A DNA stretch of 64,000 nt. It comes from Planctomycetota bacterium (GTDB lineage Bacteria > Planctomycetota > B15-G4). The position numbers and the translations under genes were made by a program. Under the pieces are notes generated by a model. It was not told the origin of the DNA. It worked only from the letters and a program-made list of their open reading frames with translations, and made no database searches. The DNA is taken from positions 4,640,001 through 4,704,000 of the forward strand of contig CBDFJQ010000002.1 of assembly GCA_965248575.1 (NCBI GenBank), given 5' to 3'. Positions 10,423 through 20,405 of the stretch are shown piece by piece. Within the stretch, counting starts at the first letter, position 1. Every line of letters starts with the position of its first letter.

Positions 10423-11919
10423 ATGAACCGTTCCATCACTCAGTACCTGCAATACACTTTCGCCGCCTTGCTTGCCTTGGGGCTTGCGGCCGGCGTGGCG
10501 TCAGCCCAGTTCGAGAACGGAAGTTTCGAATCTGGTTTCAATGGCTGGATCGCGCAGGACATGGCGACCCCCTACTACCCACTGAATGTTGGTGGGGCAG
10601 GTATCGGCGCTGCTGGCACATTCGTGACCCAGCCGACTCACGGCTCCCTCGTGGCCTACAACGGCTTTGACGGTGGAGGGCCCGACATGATCTCCATCGC
10701 CCAGGACGTCATGGTCCCGAAGTCGGGCAGTCTGCTGCTGTTCGACTATGGCGGGGCTTGGTCCATCTCAAGTTACGCCTCCCAAGACCGCGAGTTCAGG
10801 GTGCTGGTCGAACCCAATGGCGGTGGTAAGGCCCTGCGTTCCTTCGACATCCTGACAGCAGCCAGGGGCACCTATAATTCGAACACCGGCTTGATTGCCG
10901 CGGCCGTAGACCTCGATGAGTTCAGAGGCCAGATGGTGCGAGTCAACTTCACTTGGTGGGTTCCCGAGTACTTCACAGGCCCAGGGTTCTGCCAGCTCGA
11001 CCATGTGCGCTTTACGAGCAAGAAGGTGCAAGCGCGGGACATGCTTTCACTCAGGGTCAAGCTGAACTTCCAACAGGAGGAGAAGGATCTCCTGAAGCTG
11101 AGCATGATGGTCCCTGTGCAGCCGGGCTTCACTCCCGGTGGGAAGAAGGCCAGCATCACGGTTGGCGATCTCACGAAGGACTTCATTCTCGACTCCAAAG
11201 GAAAGGGAGTCCTGAACGCCAATGTCCTACGTGTCCGAGCGGATAAGCATGACGAGACCCTGCAGCGGCTGACGTTGAGCTGCAAGAAGGGCAGCTTCGC
11301 AGCTGAACTCGCCGGCCATGGGCTGGGAAACTACGACACCGTGAAAGGAGGCCAGACGGCCAGTGTGCCCATCAGTGTCAACATGGATGGCATGACGACC
11401 AACCGCTGGATGACGGTCGTGTACAACGCGACGAAGACCAAGCGAGGCGTTGCTCGCGGAAAGACACCTCCTCAGTTGCGTCGATTCCGCTTGAACGTCG
11501 ACCTGAACTTCGCTTCGGCCGACAAAGACAAGGTCATCCTGCAAGGCTGGGTCCAAGCAGGGCCGGGCTTCCTCCCGGAGGGAGCAGCGCTCGACATCGA
11601 TGTCGGCCCCCTCTCAAAGAGCTTCAGCTTGGACAAGTCGGGTCGTGCGACGGTCGGCGCTGAGAGCGTCCTCCTACGACGGGACAAGCGGGATCCATCG
11701 CTCTACCTGCTGACACTCAAGTGCCTGAAGGGAGACTTTGCTGATGCCTTCGCCCAGGTTGGCATGCACAACGAGACGGTGCCGAAGCCAGGCACCAGGG
11801 TCAGTTTGCCCGTGATCATCACGCTGCCCAACGGCGGCGGCTTGAAGTCCCAGATCTTGCCCGATGTGAGCTACTGGGCGCGTTTCGACAAACAAGGCAA
11901 GGCTGTCTGTCAGTTCTGA
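10423..11919 (+). CDS. Secreted protein: carbohydrate-binding-like N-domain plus two tandem copies of a Lys-rich beta domain
   Basis: GAGG RBS; signal peptide ASA-Q; NGSFESG..GW...LDHVRF; internal duplication L.V.LNF....KD...PGF.P.G...LD..G...LTL.C.KG.FA. Confidence 0.8.
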   Translation: MNRSITQYLQYTFAALLALGLAAGVASAQFENGSFESGFNGWIAQDMATPYYPLNVGGAGIGAAGTFVTQPTHGSLVAYNGFDGGGPDMISIAQDVMVPKSGSLLLFDYGGAWSISSYASQDREFRVLVEPNGGGKALRSFDILTAARGTYNSNTGLIAAAVDLDEFRGQMVRVNFTWWVPEYFTGPGFCQLDHVRFTSKKVQARDMLSLRVKLNFQQEEKDLLKLSMMVPVQPGFTPGGKKASITVGDLTKDFILDSKGKGVLNANVLRVRADKHDETLQRLTLSCKKGSFAAELAGHGLGNYDTVKGGQTASVPISVNMDGMTTNRWMTVVYNATKTKRGVARGKTPPQLRRFRLNVDLNFASADKDKVILQGWVQAGPGFLPEGAALDIDVGPLSKSFSLDKSGRATVGAESVLLRRDKRDPSLYLLTLKCLKGDFADAFAQVGMHNETVPKPGTRVSLPVIITLPNGGGLKSQILPDVSYWARFDKQGKAVCQF

Positions 11920-11956
11920 GCATGAGACGAGCACGCTCGCTCTCTGTTCTCTCGAC

Positions 11957-11988
11957 TCTCCGGGCGGGTCCAACGACCCGCCCGGAGA
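11957..11988. terminator. Perfect 14-bp hairpin between convergent genes
   Basis: TCTCCGGGCGGGTC-caac-GACCCGCCCGGAGA followed by CTTT. Confidence 0.6.
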
Positions 11989-12095
11989 CTTTCGCGGTCG
12001 TGACGACCGTGGCCCAGCTCCTCGACCCGGGCTCGGGCCTGACGCTGCCCGTCCATGCGACAGCCGTGCTGCCATGAGCTGAGCGTGTGGGCCAA

Positions 12096-13352
12096 TCAGT
12101 CGTCCAGGAGACCGCGGCGCTCGATTTCGGCCGCGAGGATCTTCGCCACGAGGGCGTGTCCACGATCCGTCCAGTGCCCGTCCTTGCGGTAATAGAGTTG
12201 ATCTTGCTGGGCCTCCACGATCGGGCCGAGCAGGTCGTACGCCTCGATGCCGACGGCGTCCAGCTTGGCGACGAGTCGTTGCTGAGGCATCGGGAGTGTC
12301 GTGAGCGGTTCTCGGGGTTTTCGCAGCAGGCGAGCTCGCCCACGCTCGTTGGGCCTGACGTCTGAGACGTAGACCTGTTGCTTGGTCGGAACGATTGTTA
12401 CGAGAAAGCGTTGGCCGCGGCGCTCACACAAATCGCGCAGGGCCGCAAGACTCTTGACGACTTTGGCGCTCGCCTCGGAGATCCATGGCGACCAGCGCTT
12501 CTTGTATAGGTCGGGAGGGTTGAGGTTCAGGACCTTGCCGGAATCTTCATTCGGTCGAGCGCGCACGCGTTGGGTGCCCTTCTTGCCCGGAGTCTCGTCG
12601 GCCTCCATCCAATAGTCCCAAACCTGCATGAGCCCCATGGCGAGGTGTGAACTTCGCACGCCTGGGATGCTGTACCGAGCGAGCGGCTCCTTGGAACGCA
12701 TGCGGTGGAAGTCGTCGATGCGTGCCAGGTCGCATTCGAGCCGAGTTGGCAGACCATCCGCGTCTGTCTCTGCCCAGTGGACGTACTCTGGGGTCACGAT
12801 GTCGTTGCCCACGTAGAGAGAGACGACCAGCGCGTCGGCTTCGAACATGTCTTCCTGCCTCAGGCCTACGAAGTAGCTGGGCGGCGCTGGTCCGAAGGTG
12901 AATCCCATGTTGAGGACCTCTGTGGGCTGATCCCGTTCGCCCAGGGCAGCCTCGAGCAGTTGGGGAAAAGCCTCGTGGGCCTCAACGCCCCAGCCGAAGA
13001 CGAAGGAGTCGCCGACCACCAAGATGCGCTTCCGTCCTGCGGGCGTCTCTTTCTCGACGTCGCGATCCATGCGCATTCCCTGCCCGTTGATGTGGATGGC
13101 GTGGTCGAACTCGGTGGACACGAGTCGCGTACTCGCGCCTGGTTGCAATCTCCATGGCAGGATGGGATCCGGCCTGAAGCAGCGGGGACTCTGCGTGTCC
13201 AGCCGCGACATGGTGGGCTGGGGAAGCGTTTGCGCGAGCAGCAGTTCGGCGCCGACCACGGCGAGCGCCAAGGAGACCAGGAACAGGCAAGCCTTGGGCA
13301 GCAGACGCTTCGATGGGCGAGTCAATTTGTCGGAGGGTGAGTCGGCGTTCAT
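12096..13352 (-). CDS. Membrane-anchored SGNH/GDSL hydrolase (AlgX/AlgJ-like)
   Basis: ILVVGDSFVFG block I, YVGND block III, DGHW catalytic DxH; N-terminal TM segment. Confidence 0.88.
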   Translation of the reverse strand: MNADSPSDKLTRPSKRLLPKACLFLVSLALAVVGAELLLAQTLPQPTMSRLDTQSPRCFRPDPILPWRLQPGASTRLVSTEFDHAIHINGQGMRMDRDVEKETPAGRKRILVVGDSFVFGWGVEAHEAFPQLLEAALGERDQPTEVLNMGFTFGPAPPSYFVGLRQEDMFEADALVVSLYVGNDIVTPEYVHWAETDADGLPTRLECDLARIDDFHRMRSKEPLARYSIPGVRSSHLAMGLMQVWDYWMEADETPGKKGTQRVRARPNEDSGKVLNLNPPDLYKKRWSPWISEASAKVVKSLAALRDLCERRGQRFLVTIVPTKQQVYVSDVRPNERGRARLLRKPREPLTTLPMPQQRLVAKLDAVGIEAYDLLGPIVEAQQDQLYYRKDGHWTDRGHALVAKILAAEIERRGLLDD

Positions 13353-15193
13353 TGGAAAGAGTCTCCTACGGGCGTAGCGTGTGGAGCAGGGGGTAGGTTT
13401 TCCGAGTTGTGCGGCCCTCCCGCAGGGTCCTCCAGCAAGGTTCCCGACTTTGGGCTAGCGTCCAAGGATTGCAACAACGAGATCGCGCGCGGGTGACCCG
13501 GAGCGTGGTCCAGGAACATGACGAGGTGCTCTCGCGCCTCTTCGTGTCGGCCCAGCTTGACGAGTGGGAGTGCGACGGAGAGGTGGGGCTCCGGCCGTTT
13601 CGGTCTGGCCACAAGGCAGCGTTCGTACAGCTCGACGCTCTCGTCGAGGTCTCCCTGCAGCATGAGAACGTTCGCCAGGTTTGCCATGGACCCGTAGTGG
13701 TCGTGCTGTCTTTCCAGGGCTCGTCGGAACTGCAGCTTCGCTCCCGCGAGGTCGCCCCGCTCGGCAAGCAGGACGCCCAAGGTGCAGTAGGGCTCGGGGT
13801 GGGGCCTGTTGCGTTGGATCGCCTCTCGGAGGTGAAGGCGGGCCGGCTTGTAACGGCCCTGCTCTTGGTAGAGCTTGCCCAGGTTGGCATGGGCCATCCA
13901 GGCGTCTGGGTTCTTGTCGATGGTGTCTGTCCACAGGGCCTGGGGGCTTGAGTAGATCCGACATTGTCGGTGGGTCAGGGGAGCGAGAACGAGGACGGCT
14001 GTTGCCGTGAGCAGCGCGACTGCGCGCGACTCGGACACGCCCATGCGACGTGCACAGGCCAGGCTCCCTCCCACGACCAAGGCGAACACACCGAGGCTCG
14101 CAAGGTACTGAAAGTGGTCTGCGACCCAGGAGTAGCGGAACGGGAAGACATCGATGAACCCAAGGGCGGGAGACAGGCTGCCGACGAAGAAGAGCGCTCC
14201 CGTGGCTGGGCCCCGACCGATGCGGTTTCGGAGCAACACGAGTGCGAGCAGGAGGCCGACCGTGATGACGGGTGCGATCACCTGCCATGCGTCCGATGGG
14301 TCGATCTCCCAACGCGGATAGTTGAACGTCAACTGGGCGGGCCATATGAGCTTGGCTGCGTAGAACCATGGCACGCGGCCGGCCAACATCAGGCGTTGCA
14401 CTGGGGCGAGACCGTAATCCTCGCTCGCAGCGCCCACGTGAGTGCGTTCGAGGTACGCGGTGAGGCTTCCGCCAAGGATGCCTAGCACAAGCAAGGGCAA
14501 CGCCATGAGCACAAGCCGTCGCGGGAGCCGTCCGGCCTTCCACCAGTGCAGAAGCAGCAGCGCTGCGGGAAGGGACCAGGTGACCGTTTTGGAGAGGAGC
14601 GCGGCGACGAACAGGACGAGGGCGAGCACGTAGAATCGGTTCGGCCCGGTCCGGCTCTCTCCCGTGCCGGCATCCGTTCCATGCGCGTGGCGGTCGTCAG
14701 GTGGTGCCCATCGAAACCAGGCGGACATCGCGGCGAAATAGAGGACGCCCGACAGAACGTTCTTGCGTTCGCTCACCCAGGCAACCGACTCAGCGTGCAC
14801 CGGGTGCAGGGCGAAGGCGATCGCGATCACGACCGCCCCGGGAACTTCGAGCCTCGTCAGCAAATAGAGCAGAAGAAGCGCACCGAGCGCGTGCAGGAGC
14901 ACATTCGTGAGGTGATAGCCCGGAGCCCAGAGCTCCCAGAGCTGGTACTCGAGCCAGAAGCTCGTGTGCACAAGGGGGTAGAACTGCGGCATCGACAGCG
15001 GGTCGGTCCAGATTCGGCGAAGACCCTCCCCGTCGCGGAGCAGTACGTTTTGCGTGACGTGCTGGTCGTCGTCCCACACGAACCCGCCATCCGAGATGGC
15101 TGGCCAGTAGGCAGCCAGCGTGGCGACCACGAGCACGACGCCCGCCGTGATCAAGCGGAGCCGCGCCTTTGACGAGTCAGGCATCGGTGACAT
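13349..15193 (-). CDS. TMTC-like GT-C membrane glycosyltransferase with C-terminal TPR repeats
   Basis: FVWDD, YHLTNVLLH, FALHPVHAESVAWVSERKNVL, ALLSK and ADHFQY motifs followed by TPRs. Confidence 0.9.
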   Translation of the reverse strand: MSPMPDSSKARLRLITAGVVLVVATLAAYWPAISDGGFVWDDDQHVTQNVLLRDGEGLRRIWTDPLSMPQFYPLVHTSFWLEYQLWELWAPGYHLTNVLLHALGALLLLYLLTRLEVPGAVVIAIAFALHPVHAESVAWVSERKNVLSGVLYFAAMSAWFRWAPPDDRHAHGTDAGTGESRTGPNRFYVLALVLFVAALLSKTVTWSLPAALLLLHWWKAGRLPRRLVLMALPLLVLGILGGSLTAYLERTHVGAASEDYGLAPVQRLMLAGRVPWFYAAKLIWPAQLTFNYPRWEIDPSDAWQVIAPVITVGLLLALVLLRNRIGRGPATGALFFVGSLSPALGFIDVFPFRYSWVADHFQYLASLGVFALVVGGSLACARRMGVSESRAVALLTATAVLVLAPLTHRQCRIYSSPQALWTDTIDKNPDAWMAHANLGKLYQEQGRYKPARLHLREAIQRNRPHPEPYCTLGVLLAERGDLAGAKLQFRRALERQHDHYGSMANLANVLMLQGDLDESVELYERCLVARPKRPEPHLSVALPLVKLGRHEEAREHLVMFLDHAPGHPRAISLLQSLDASPKSGTLLEDPAGGPHNSENLPPAPHATPVGDSFQ

Positions 15194-16136
15194 GCTGAGC
15201 CGAGGCGGGCAGGGCGTGATCGAGCATTGTCCGGGACGTCCTGCCCACCGAGATGGCTCCCAAGATCTCGCGCAGCTTCCGAAGCCTGGACTCCAACGGC
15301 ACCTTGAGCGTGGGGTGTCGGCGGGCCGCGTCGTCCACCTCGTCCGCGCCCAGGAAGTCGAGGGCGTGCATGACGTACACCAAGGGGTCGGGCCCCGTCG
15401 CCTGGGCGCTGCGCTGGAGCCCCCGATGACCGAACGCGAGCTGGACCGTCGCGCAGTAGGGGATGCGCCACCTTGGCGTCATGCCGGCGGGGATCTCCAG
15501 CAGCGAGTGCTGGGTCCCCCGGCGCCAGGGTCTATCGAGCTCTGGGTAGTAGGGGCGGGGTGGCGCGAACGCTACGCGCCACGTGCCGTATCCGCCCGGT
15601 GCCCGAAATCCCGACAGCAGCTTGAGCACGCCGCCCTGGACGGCGCCAAACCAGGAGGGAGCGACCGAGGAATCGTAGGTGTAGTCCAGGGAATGCAGGC
15701 CTCCGAGGATCGAAGGGCAGACGTCCCACCCAGGAGCACGGAAGCCCCGGGGGCTGACGCCGAGTCGAGCCTCGATGGACTCGTGGGCTTCGCGAATCTC
15801 TCGCTCGACCGTGTCGCCAGTCGCCTTCGCCAGGCCGAGGGGGTGCGTCTGCGTGTGGTTGGCCACCTCGTGCCCACGGCCGAGCGCCGAGAGAACGGCG
15901 TCGCGCTGCCGTGGGCGCTTGAGATCCTGCCCGACGACGAAGAGAGTGGCTCGAATCCCAAGCGTGTCGAGCAGGTCAAGCAAGCGCGGAAGGGCCGTCG
16001 TGAACACCGGATCGTCGACGTCGGGAACGCCGCTGCGCCTCGTGTACGCAGAGCCATACAGATACGTCGCGTCGAGGTCGACCGAGACGAGCAACGGGTG
16101 CAGCTCAGTGAAGGGTTCTTCGGCAGACGTGGTCAG
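15177..16136 (-). CDS. Polysaccharide deacetylase family (NodB/CE4) protein
   Basis: VSVDLD, ATLFVVG, GHEVANHTQTH, GFRAPG and YDSS motifs. Start uncertain: CTG at 16136 overlapping the upstream stop, or TTG at 16094. Confidence 0.85.
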   Translation of the reverse strand: MTTSAEEPFTELHPLLVSVDLDATYLYGSAYTRRSGVPDVDDPVFTTALPRLLDLLDTLGIRATLFVVGQDLKRPRQRDAVLSALGRGHEVANHTQTHPLGLAKATGDTVEREIREAHESIEARLGVSPRGFRAPGWDVCPSILGGLHSLDYTYDSSVAPSWFGAVQGGVLKLLSGFRAPGGYGTWRVAFAPPRPYYPELDRPWRRGTQHSLLEIPAGMTPRWRIPYCATVQLAFGHRGLQRSAQATGPDPLVYVMHALDFLGADEVDDAARRHPTLKVPLESRLRKLREILGAISVGRTSRTMLDHALPASAQHVTDA

Positions 16137-17959
16137 TCCCTCTCGGCGAGGTAGGGGCCGATGGCGAGGACGTCGATGGCCCCGCTGCGGTATGTCTTCG
16201 CCGCGTCGGCGGGGCTGCAGACGATGGGTTCCTCGTGCGTGTTGAAGCTCGTGTTCAGAACCATCGGAAAGTCGGTGAGCCGCTCCATCTCGCTCAGGAA
16301 TGTGTGGAAGGACGGCGTGAGTTCGCGTCGAACGAGTTGCGCCCGCGCCGTGCCATCGACGTGGCACGCCCCGTGAAGGCCAGCCCTTCGATTCTCCTGG
16401 ACGTTGAAGCAAGTGGTCATGTACAGCCCTGCCTGTCGCCGTGGCTCCAGACCTTCAAGAAAACGAGGCGCTCGCTCCTCCAGGACTGATGGCGCGAAGG
16501 GCATGAATTCGCTCCGATGGAGGCGGCGGTTGAGGTCGTCGTGGACGCCCTTGCGACGCATGTCCGCCAGGATGCTTCGGTGGCCTAGCGCTCGGGGGCC
16601 GTACTCCATCCGACCGTCGAAGCGTCCGACGATCCGCCCGTCCGTGACGTGTCGGGCCATCTCGGCCTCGATGGACTCGCAGCTGCGGTACGCGATACCA
16701 GCCTCGTCGAGTGCGCGCCGAATCTCGCTGTCGGAATACTCGGGGCCGAGGTAAGGGTTGAAAGGCTGCGCGGCGAGTGGAGGGGCGAGCACGGGGCGTG
16801 GGTTGGAATGACCGTTTGTCGAGGCCCCGTTCTGGGTGAGGTACAGCGCGGCGCCGAGGGCCGTTCCCCCGTCCCCCATGTCTGGGTGGACGTAGAGGCC
16901 CGTGACTTCGGGCTGCTCGGCCAAGAGGTGGTTGGTTCGCACGTTGGCGAAGACGCCGCCGGCTGCGACGACGTCGGTCTTGCCGCTGGCTCTCGCCGCA
17001 TCCTGTACGTAGGCCGTAAGGCAATCGTCAAGGATGGCTTGCGCGGCGGCAGCCACGTCCTCGCGCCGAGAGTTTGCCAGCCGCTCCTCCAGGAATTGGA
17101 GCACCGCCTCGGAGTAGAGGTCCCTGCAGTGCCGCCCGCGCAAGAAGCGGTACGCCTGGGGGATGGCAGCACGCGCCCGGAGGGGCAGCAGCGTCCCGAA
17201 GGACTGCGTCGCGCGGTCGTAGGAGATGCACTGGTCAAGCTCCTGGCGGCAGGCCTCTGGATCTCCAAAGCCCGCGAGGCCCGTGATCTTGCCTTCGTGG
17301 CGTTGGGGCGTGAAGCCCAGGAACTTGGTGATGGCCGAGTAGAACTTCCCAAGCGAGAAGTCGCCGGTCGACGACGAGGCACGTTTGAGGCGTGAACCGT
17401 CGAGCCGGCTCCAGGTGCTCGACAGTCCGTCGCCTGCGCCATCCGCGGTCACCACGAGCGGGTTCTCGAACGGAGAGGTGTAGGCACAGGACGCCGCGTG
17501 AGCTGTGTGGTGGTCAACGGGCGTCACCGGGGCGTGGATACCCAGTTCGGCCAGTGCCTCGGTGTAGATGGCAAGTGTCGGACTGCGAAACCGCGTCGAG
17601 GTGTTCGGGTAGGGGATCCGAAAGGTCTTCGATCGGTGCCACTGCCGCCGCACCTCGTCCACGATGTGCGCCAACCCCAGGTGGTCGTCGAGCGGGATGT
17701 TGCACCCGGCTTCGTTGAGAAGCGCCGTCGCGAGAAAGGGTGGAGCGTTCAAGTACGAGGTGAACGAGATGGCCACCCGCTGGACTTCGTGCGGCTCGAC
17801 CCCGGAGAGCTTCAGCACGGCGGGGATGGCGCGCCACGGGAAGCCCAGGTGCGACTTTCGGCGGCTGAGCCGTTCCTCACCCACGGCAGCCATGACCACA
17901 CCGTCCACGACCATGGCGGCCGAGCCGTCGTGCCCCAAGTGGACGCCGAGCACAATCAT
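16133..17959 (-). CDS. O-carbamoyltransferase (NodU/CmcH family)
   Basis: GHDGSAA, EERLSRRK, HHTAHAAS, DGAGD, EGKITGLA, GRMEYGPRALGHRS, FMPFAP, HVDGTAR and NTSFN motifs; ATGA-coupled to the GT2 gene. Confidence 0.95.
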   Translation of the reverse strand: MIVLGVHLGHDGSAAMVVDGVVMAAVGEERLSRRKSHLGFPWRAIPAVLKLSGVEPHEVQRVAISFTSYLNAPPFLATALLNEAGCNIPLDDHLGLAHIVDEVRRQWHRSKTFRIPYPNTSTRFRSPTLAIYTEALAELGIHAPVTPVDHHTAHAASCAYTSPFENPLVVTADGAGDGLSSTWSRLDGSRLKRASSSTGDFSLGKFYSAITKFLGFTPQRHEGKITGLAGFGDPEACRQELDQCISYDRATQSFGTLLPLRARAAIPQAYRFLRGRHCRDLYSEAVLQFLEERLANSRREDVAAAAQAILDDCLTAYVQDAARASGKTDVVAAGGVFANVRTNHLLAEQPEVTGLYVHPDMGDGGTALGAALYLTQNGASTNGHSNPRPVLAPPLAAQPFNPYLGPEYSDSEIRRALDEAGIAYRSCESIEAEMARHVTDGRIVGRFDGRMEYGPRALGHRSILADMRRKGVHDDLNRRLHRSEFMPFAPSVLEERAPRFLEGLEPRRQAGLYMTTCFNVQENRRAGLHGACHVDGTARAQLVRRELTPSFHTFLSEMERLTDFPMVLNTSFNTHEEPIVCSPADAAKTYRSGAIDVLAIGPYLAERD

Positions 17960-18741
17960 GGCAAGTCTGATGGCGAGGTGTGCGCATCCTCGTCGAGATC
18001 TGTGGGCGTCGTGGCAGGGCGTCGACGCTTCAGACGGCCGGCGCTGATCCGCAGCAAGAGGCGTAGGTGGTTCCGCACCTCTTCGAAGAAGCGCAGCTTC
18101 GAATCGTCCGTGACGCGGCGCGACAACACCGTCGGTACCTCCGTCACTCGCATGCCGTGATCGAGGGCCTGGAGCAGGATCTCCGTCACCGAAGAGAACC
18201 CGCTGCTCGTGATCGACACCCGATCGAAAACGGATCGACGGTACACCCGGAAAATGCCGGAGAACGAATGGATCGGGCTGCCGATCAGGAAGCCATAGAT
18301 CCGGGAGAGCGACAGGCTGACGAACAGCCGGAACCACTGCACATTCTCGATGACGCCATCGGGGTGGAAGGCGGACGCGATCACGATGTCGTGGCCTTCG
18401 GCAAGGACGTCCAACAGCTTCGGCAGGTCCTCGACAGCGAAAGTCCCGTCGGCATCAACCATGGTGATCAGGCTGCCGGTGGACGTCTGGAGCCCCGTCT
18501 CGATGGCCGCACCGAGCCCTCGGTTGGTGGAGTGAGTGACGACGCGCAAGCAGGGCTGGGAGCGCGCACGCTCCTGCAAGACGGCGGCGGTCTTGTCCGT
18601 ACTCCCGTCATCGATGCAGACGACCTCAAAGCTGTAGCGCTCACCCAGTGACGTCATCACGGGCTCAAGCCGGTCCAAGAGCGGACCGATCGAAGCCTGT
18701 TCGTTGAAACAGGGGACGAGCACGCTGAGGAGTGGACGCAC
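17956..18741 (-). CDS. GT2 glycosyltransferase (polyprenol-phosphate sugar synthase-like)
   Basis: SVLVPCFNE, IDDGSTD, NRGLG and MVDAD motifs. Confidence 0.92.
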   Translation of the reverse strand: MRPLLSVLVPCFNEQASIGPLLDRLEPVMTSLGERYSFEVVCIDDGSTDKTAAVLQERARSQPCLRVVTHSTNRGLGAAIETGLQTSTGSLITMVDADGTFAVEDLPKLLDVLAEGHDIVIASAFHPDGVIENVQWFRLFVSLSLSRIYGFLIGSPIHSFSGIFRVYRRSVFDRVSITSSGFSSVTEILLQALDHGMRVTEVPTVLSRRVTDDSKLRFFEEVRNHLRLLLRISAGRLKRRRPATTPTDLDEDAHTSPSDLP

Positions 18742-18999
18742 GGGGGAAATTGCCGAGAGGACTCGCCGGAGGGGCTGATGTTCTTCTCAGGGAGGTTGCC
18801 TGCTGTCTGCCCGGTGAATGCGCCTAGTCCGCCGCTCGCGTGTTTCCCGGATGCTTCGCGGCGCTCTCCCATTTGCGGCGCCGCGTCGCTGCCCCGCAGT
18901 CTAGACCAGATCTCCCAGCTCGTCCTCGGGATCTTCGGTCGTTGCGGTCCGAGGGCCGCGTAACCCGGGCACACGGGGCGAATCGGAAGCAAGCTTCCG

Positions 19000-20223
19000 T
19001 CAGCCGAAGCTGCGCCCGGGCCCTGGGTACTTCTCGGGGGCCTCTTTGCGGCTCACTGGTGGAACCGCCGCAGGGAGTCTCATGAATCGTTCGATGGCGT
19101 TGACGATTCGTTCCGCGGCGCGCCCATCGCCGTACGGGCTCGTCGACTGGGCCATCCGGGCATACGCCACTGGGTCGTCGAGCAAGCGGAGAGTCTCGTA
19201 GACGATGCGCTCGCGGTCCGCTCCGGTCAGGAGTGCGTTCCCGGACTCGATACCCTCAACGCGTTCCGTCACGTCGCGTAACACGAGCACGGGCTTTCCT
19301 AGTACGGGCGCCTCCTCTTGGACGCCCCCTGAGTCGGAGAGAACGATGTGGGCCGACTTCAGCGTGGACACGAACTGCGGGTAGGCCATCGGTGCGGCGA
19401 GATGGATGCGTCGGTGGGCGCCGATCTCGTCGTTCAGCAGGCGGTGGACCTCGGGGTTCGGGTGGACGGGGATCAGGATGTCGACGTCCCGGGAATTGGC
19501 TATGTCCGCAAGTGCCCTGCAGATCTCACGCAGCGGCACTCCGAGGCTCTCTCGCCGGTGCACAGTGACCAGCAGCAATGGGCGGCTCCCGCTGTCCACG
19601 GGGCACGGAGGCAACTCCTGCCGTTCGGCCCACAGCAGGGCGTCGACGACTGTGTTGCCCGTGACGTGAATGCGGTCCTCTGGAACGCGCTCGGCCAGGA
19701 GCTGGTCGCGGGCAGCCGGCGTCGGCGCGAAGTGGAGCTCCGCTAGCCAGCCGGTGAGTGACCGGTTCATCTCCTCCGGGAACGGCTGCGAACGGACACC
19801 ACTGCGGAGGCCTGCTTCCACATGTGCGAACGGAATCTGCCGGTGGAACGCGCAGAGGGCCGAGACGAGCACCGTGGTTGTGTCGCCCTGGGCGACGACG
19901 AGGTCGGGTTCCTCGGCTGCGAGCACGCGATCCACGGCTGGGAACATTCGTCCAGCCAGCTCAGACGGGGACTGACCCGCCCGCATGAGATTGAGGTCGA
20001 CGTCCGGAACGAGGCCAAAGAACGGCAACACCTGATCGAGCAACTCGCGGTGTTGGCTGGTCGCGAGCAGGCAGACGTCCTGCCTGCGCCCTCGTCGGCT
20101 GAACTCACGGACGATTGGAGCCAGCTTGACCGCTTCTGGGCGGGTGCCGACTACTACGACGATCCGACGGCGAGAGCGTCGTCTCGCGGATTCTGTTCCG
20201 GCGGTTGCGTTGGTTGCGGCCAT
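19000..20223 (-). CDS. wecB: UDP-N-acetylglucosamine 2-epimerase (non-hydrolysing)
   Basis: GTRPEAVKLAP, QHRE, QGDTTT, HVEAGLRS, PFPEEMNR, TGNTVVDAL, HRRE, DSGGVQEEAP, TERVEG and PYGDG motifs. Confidence 0.96.
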   Translation of the reverse strand: MAATNATAGTESARRRSRRRIVVVVGTRPEAVKLAPIVREFSRRGRRQDVCLLATSQHRELLDQVLPFFGLVPDVDLNLMRAGQSPSELAGRMFPAVDRVLAAEEPDLVVAQGDTTTVLVSALCAFHRQIPFAHVEAGLRSGVRSQPFPEEMNRSLTGWLAELHFAPTPAARDQLLAERVPEDRIHVTGNTVVDALLWAERQELPPCPVDSGSRPLLLVTVHRRESLGVPLREICRALADIANSRDVDILIPVHPNPEVHRLLNDEIGAHRRIHLAAPMAYPQFVSTLKSAHIVLSDSGGVQEEAPVLGKPVLVLRDVTERVEGIESGNALLTGADRERIVYETLRLLDDPVAYARMAQSTSPYGDGRAAERIVNAIERFMRLPAAVPPVSRKEAPEKYPGPGRSFG

Positions 20224-20405
20224 GTCACCGACCATCGAGCGTAGCACGGTCTGCAAAGCCACCGGGTCAGCGCACGACAGGACAGCGCGTTCCGAACGAA
20301 AGCTCAATGCCCTTCGATGTGCGCACTCCGGCCGCACAGTCTATGATCGCGCCTTGGCGACGGGGTGATCGGGGTCGAAAGCGATAGGGATGCGAGACCG
20401 AGACA

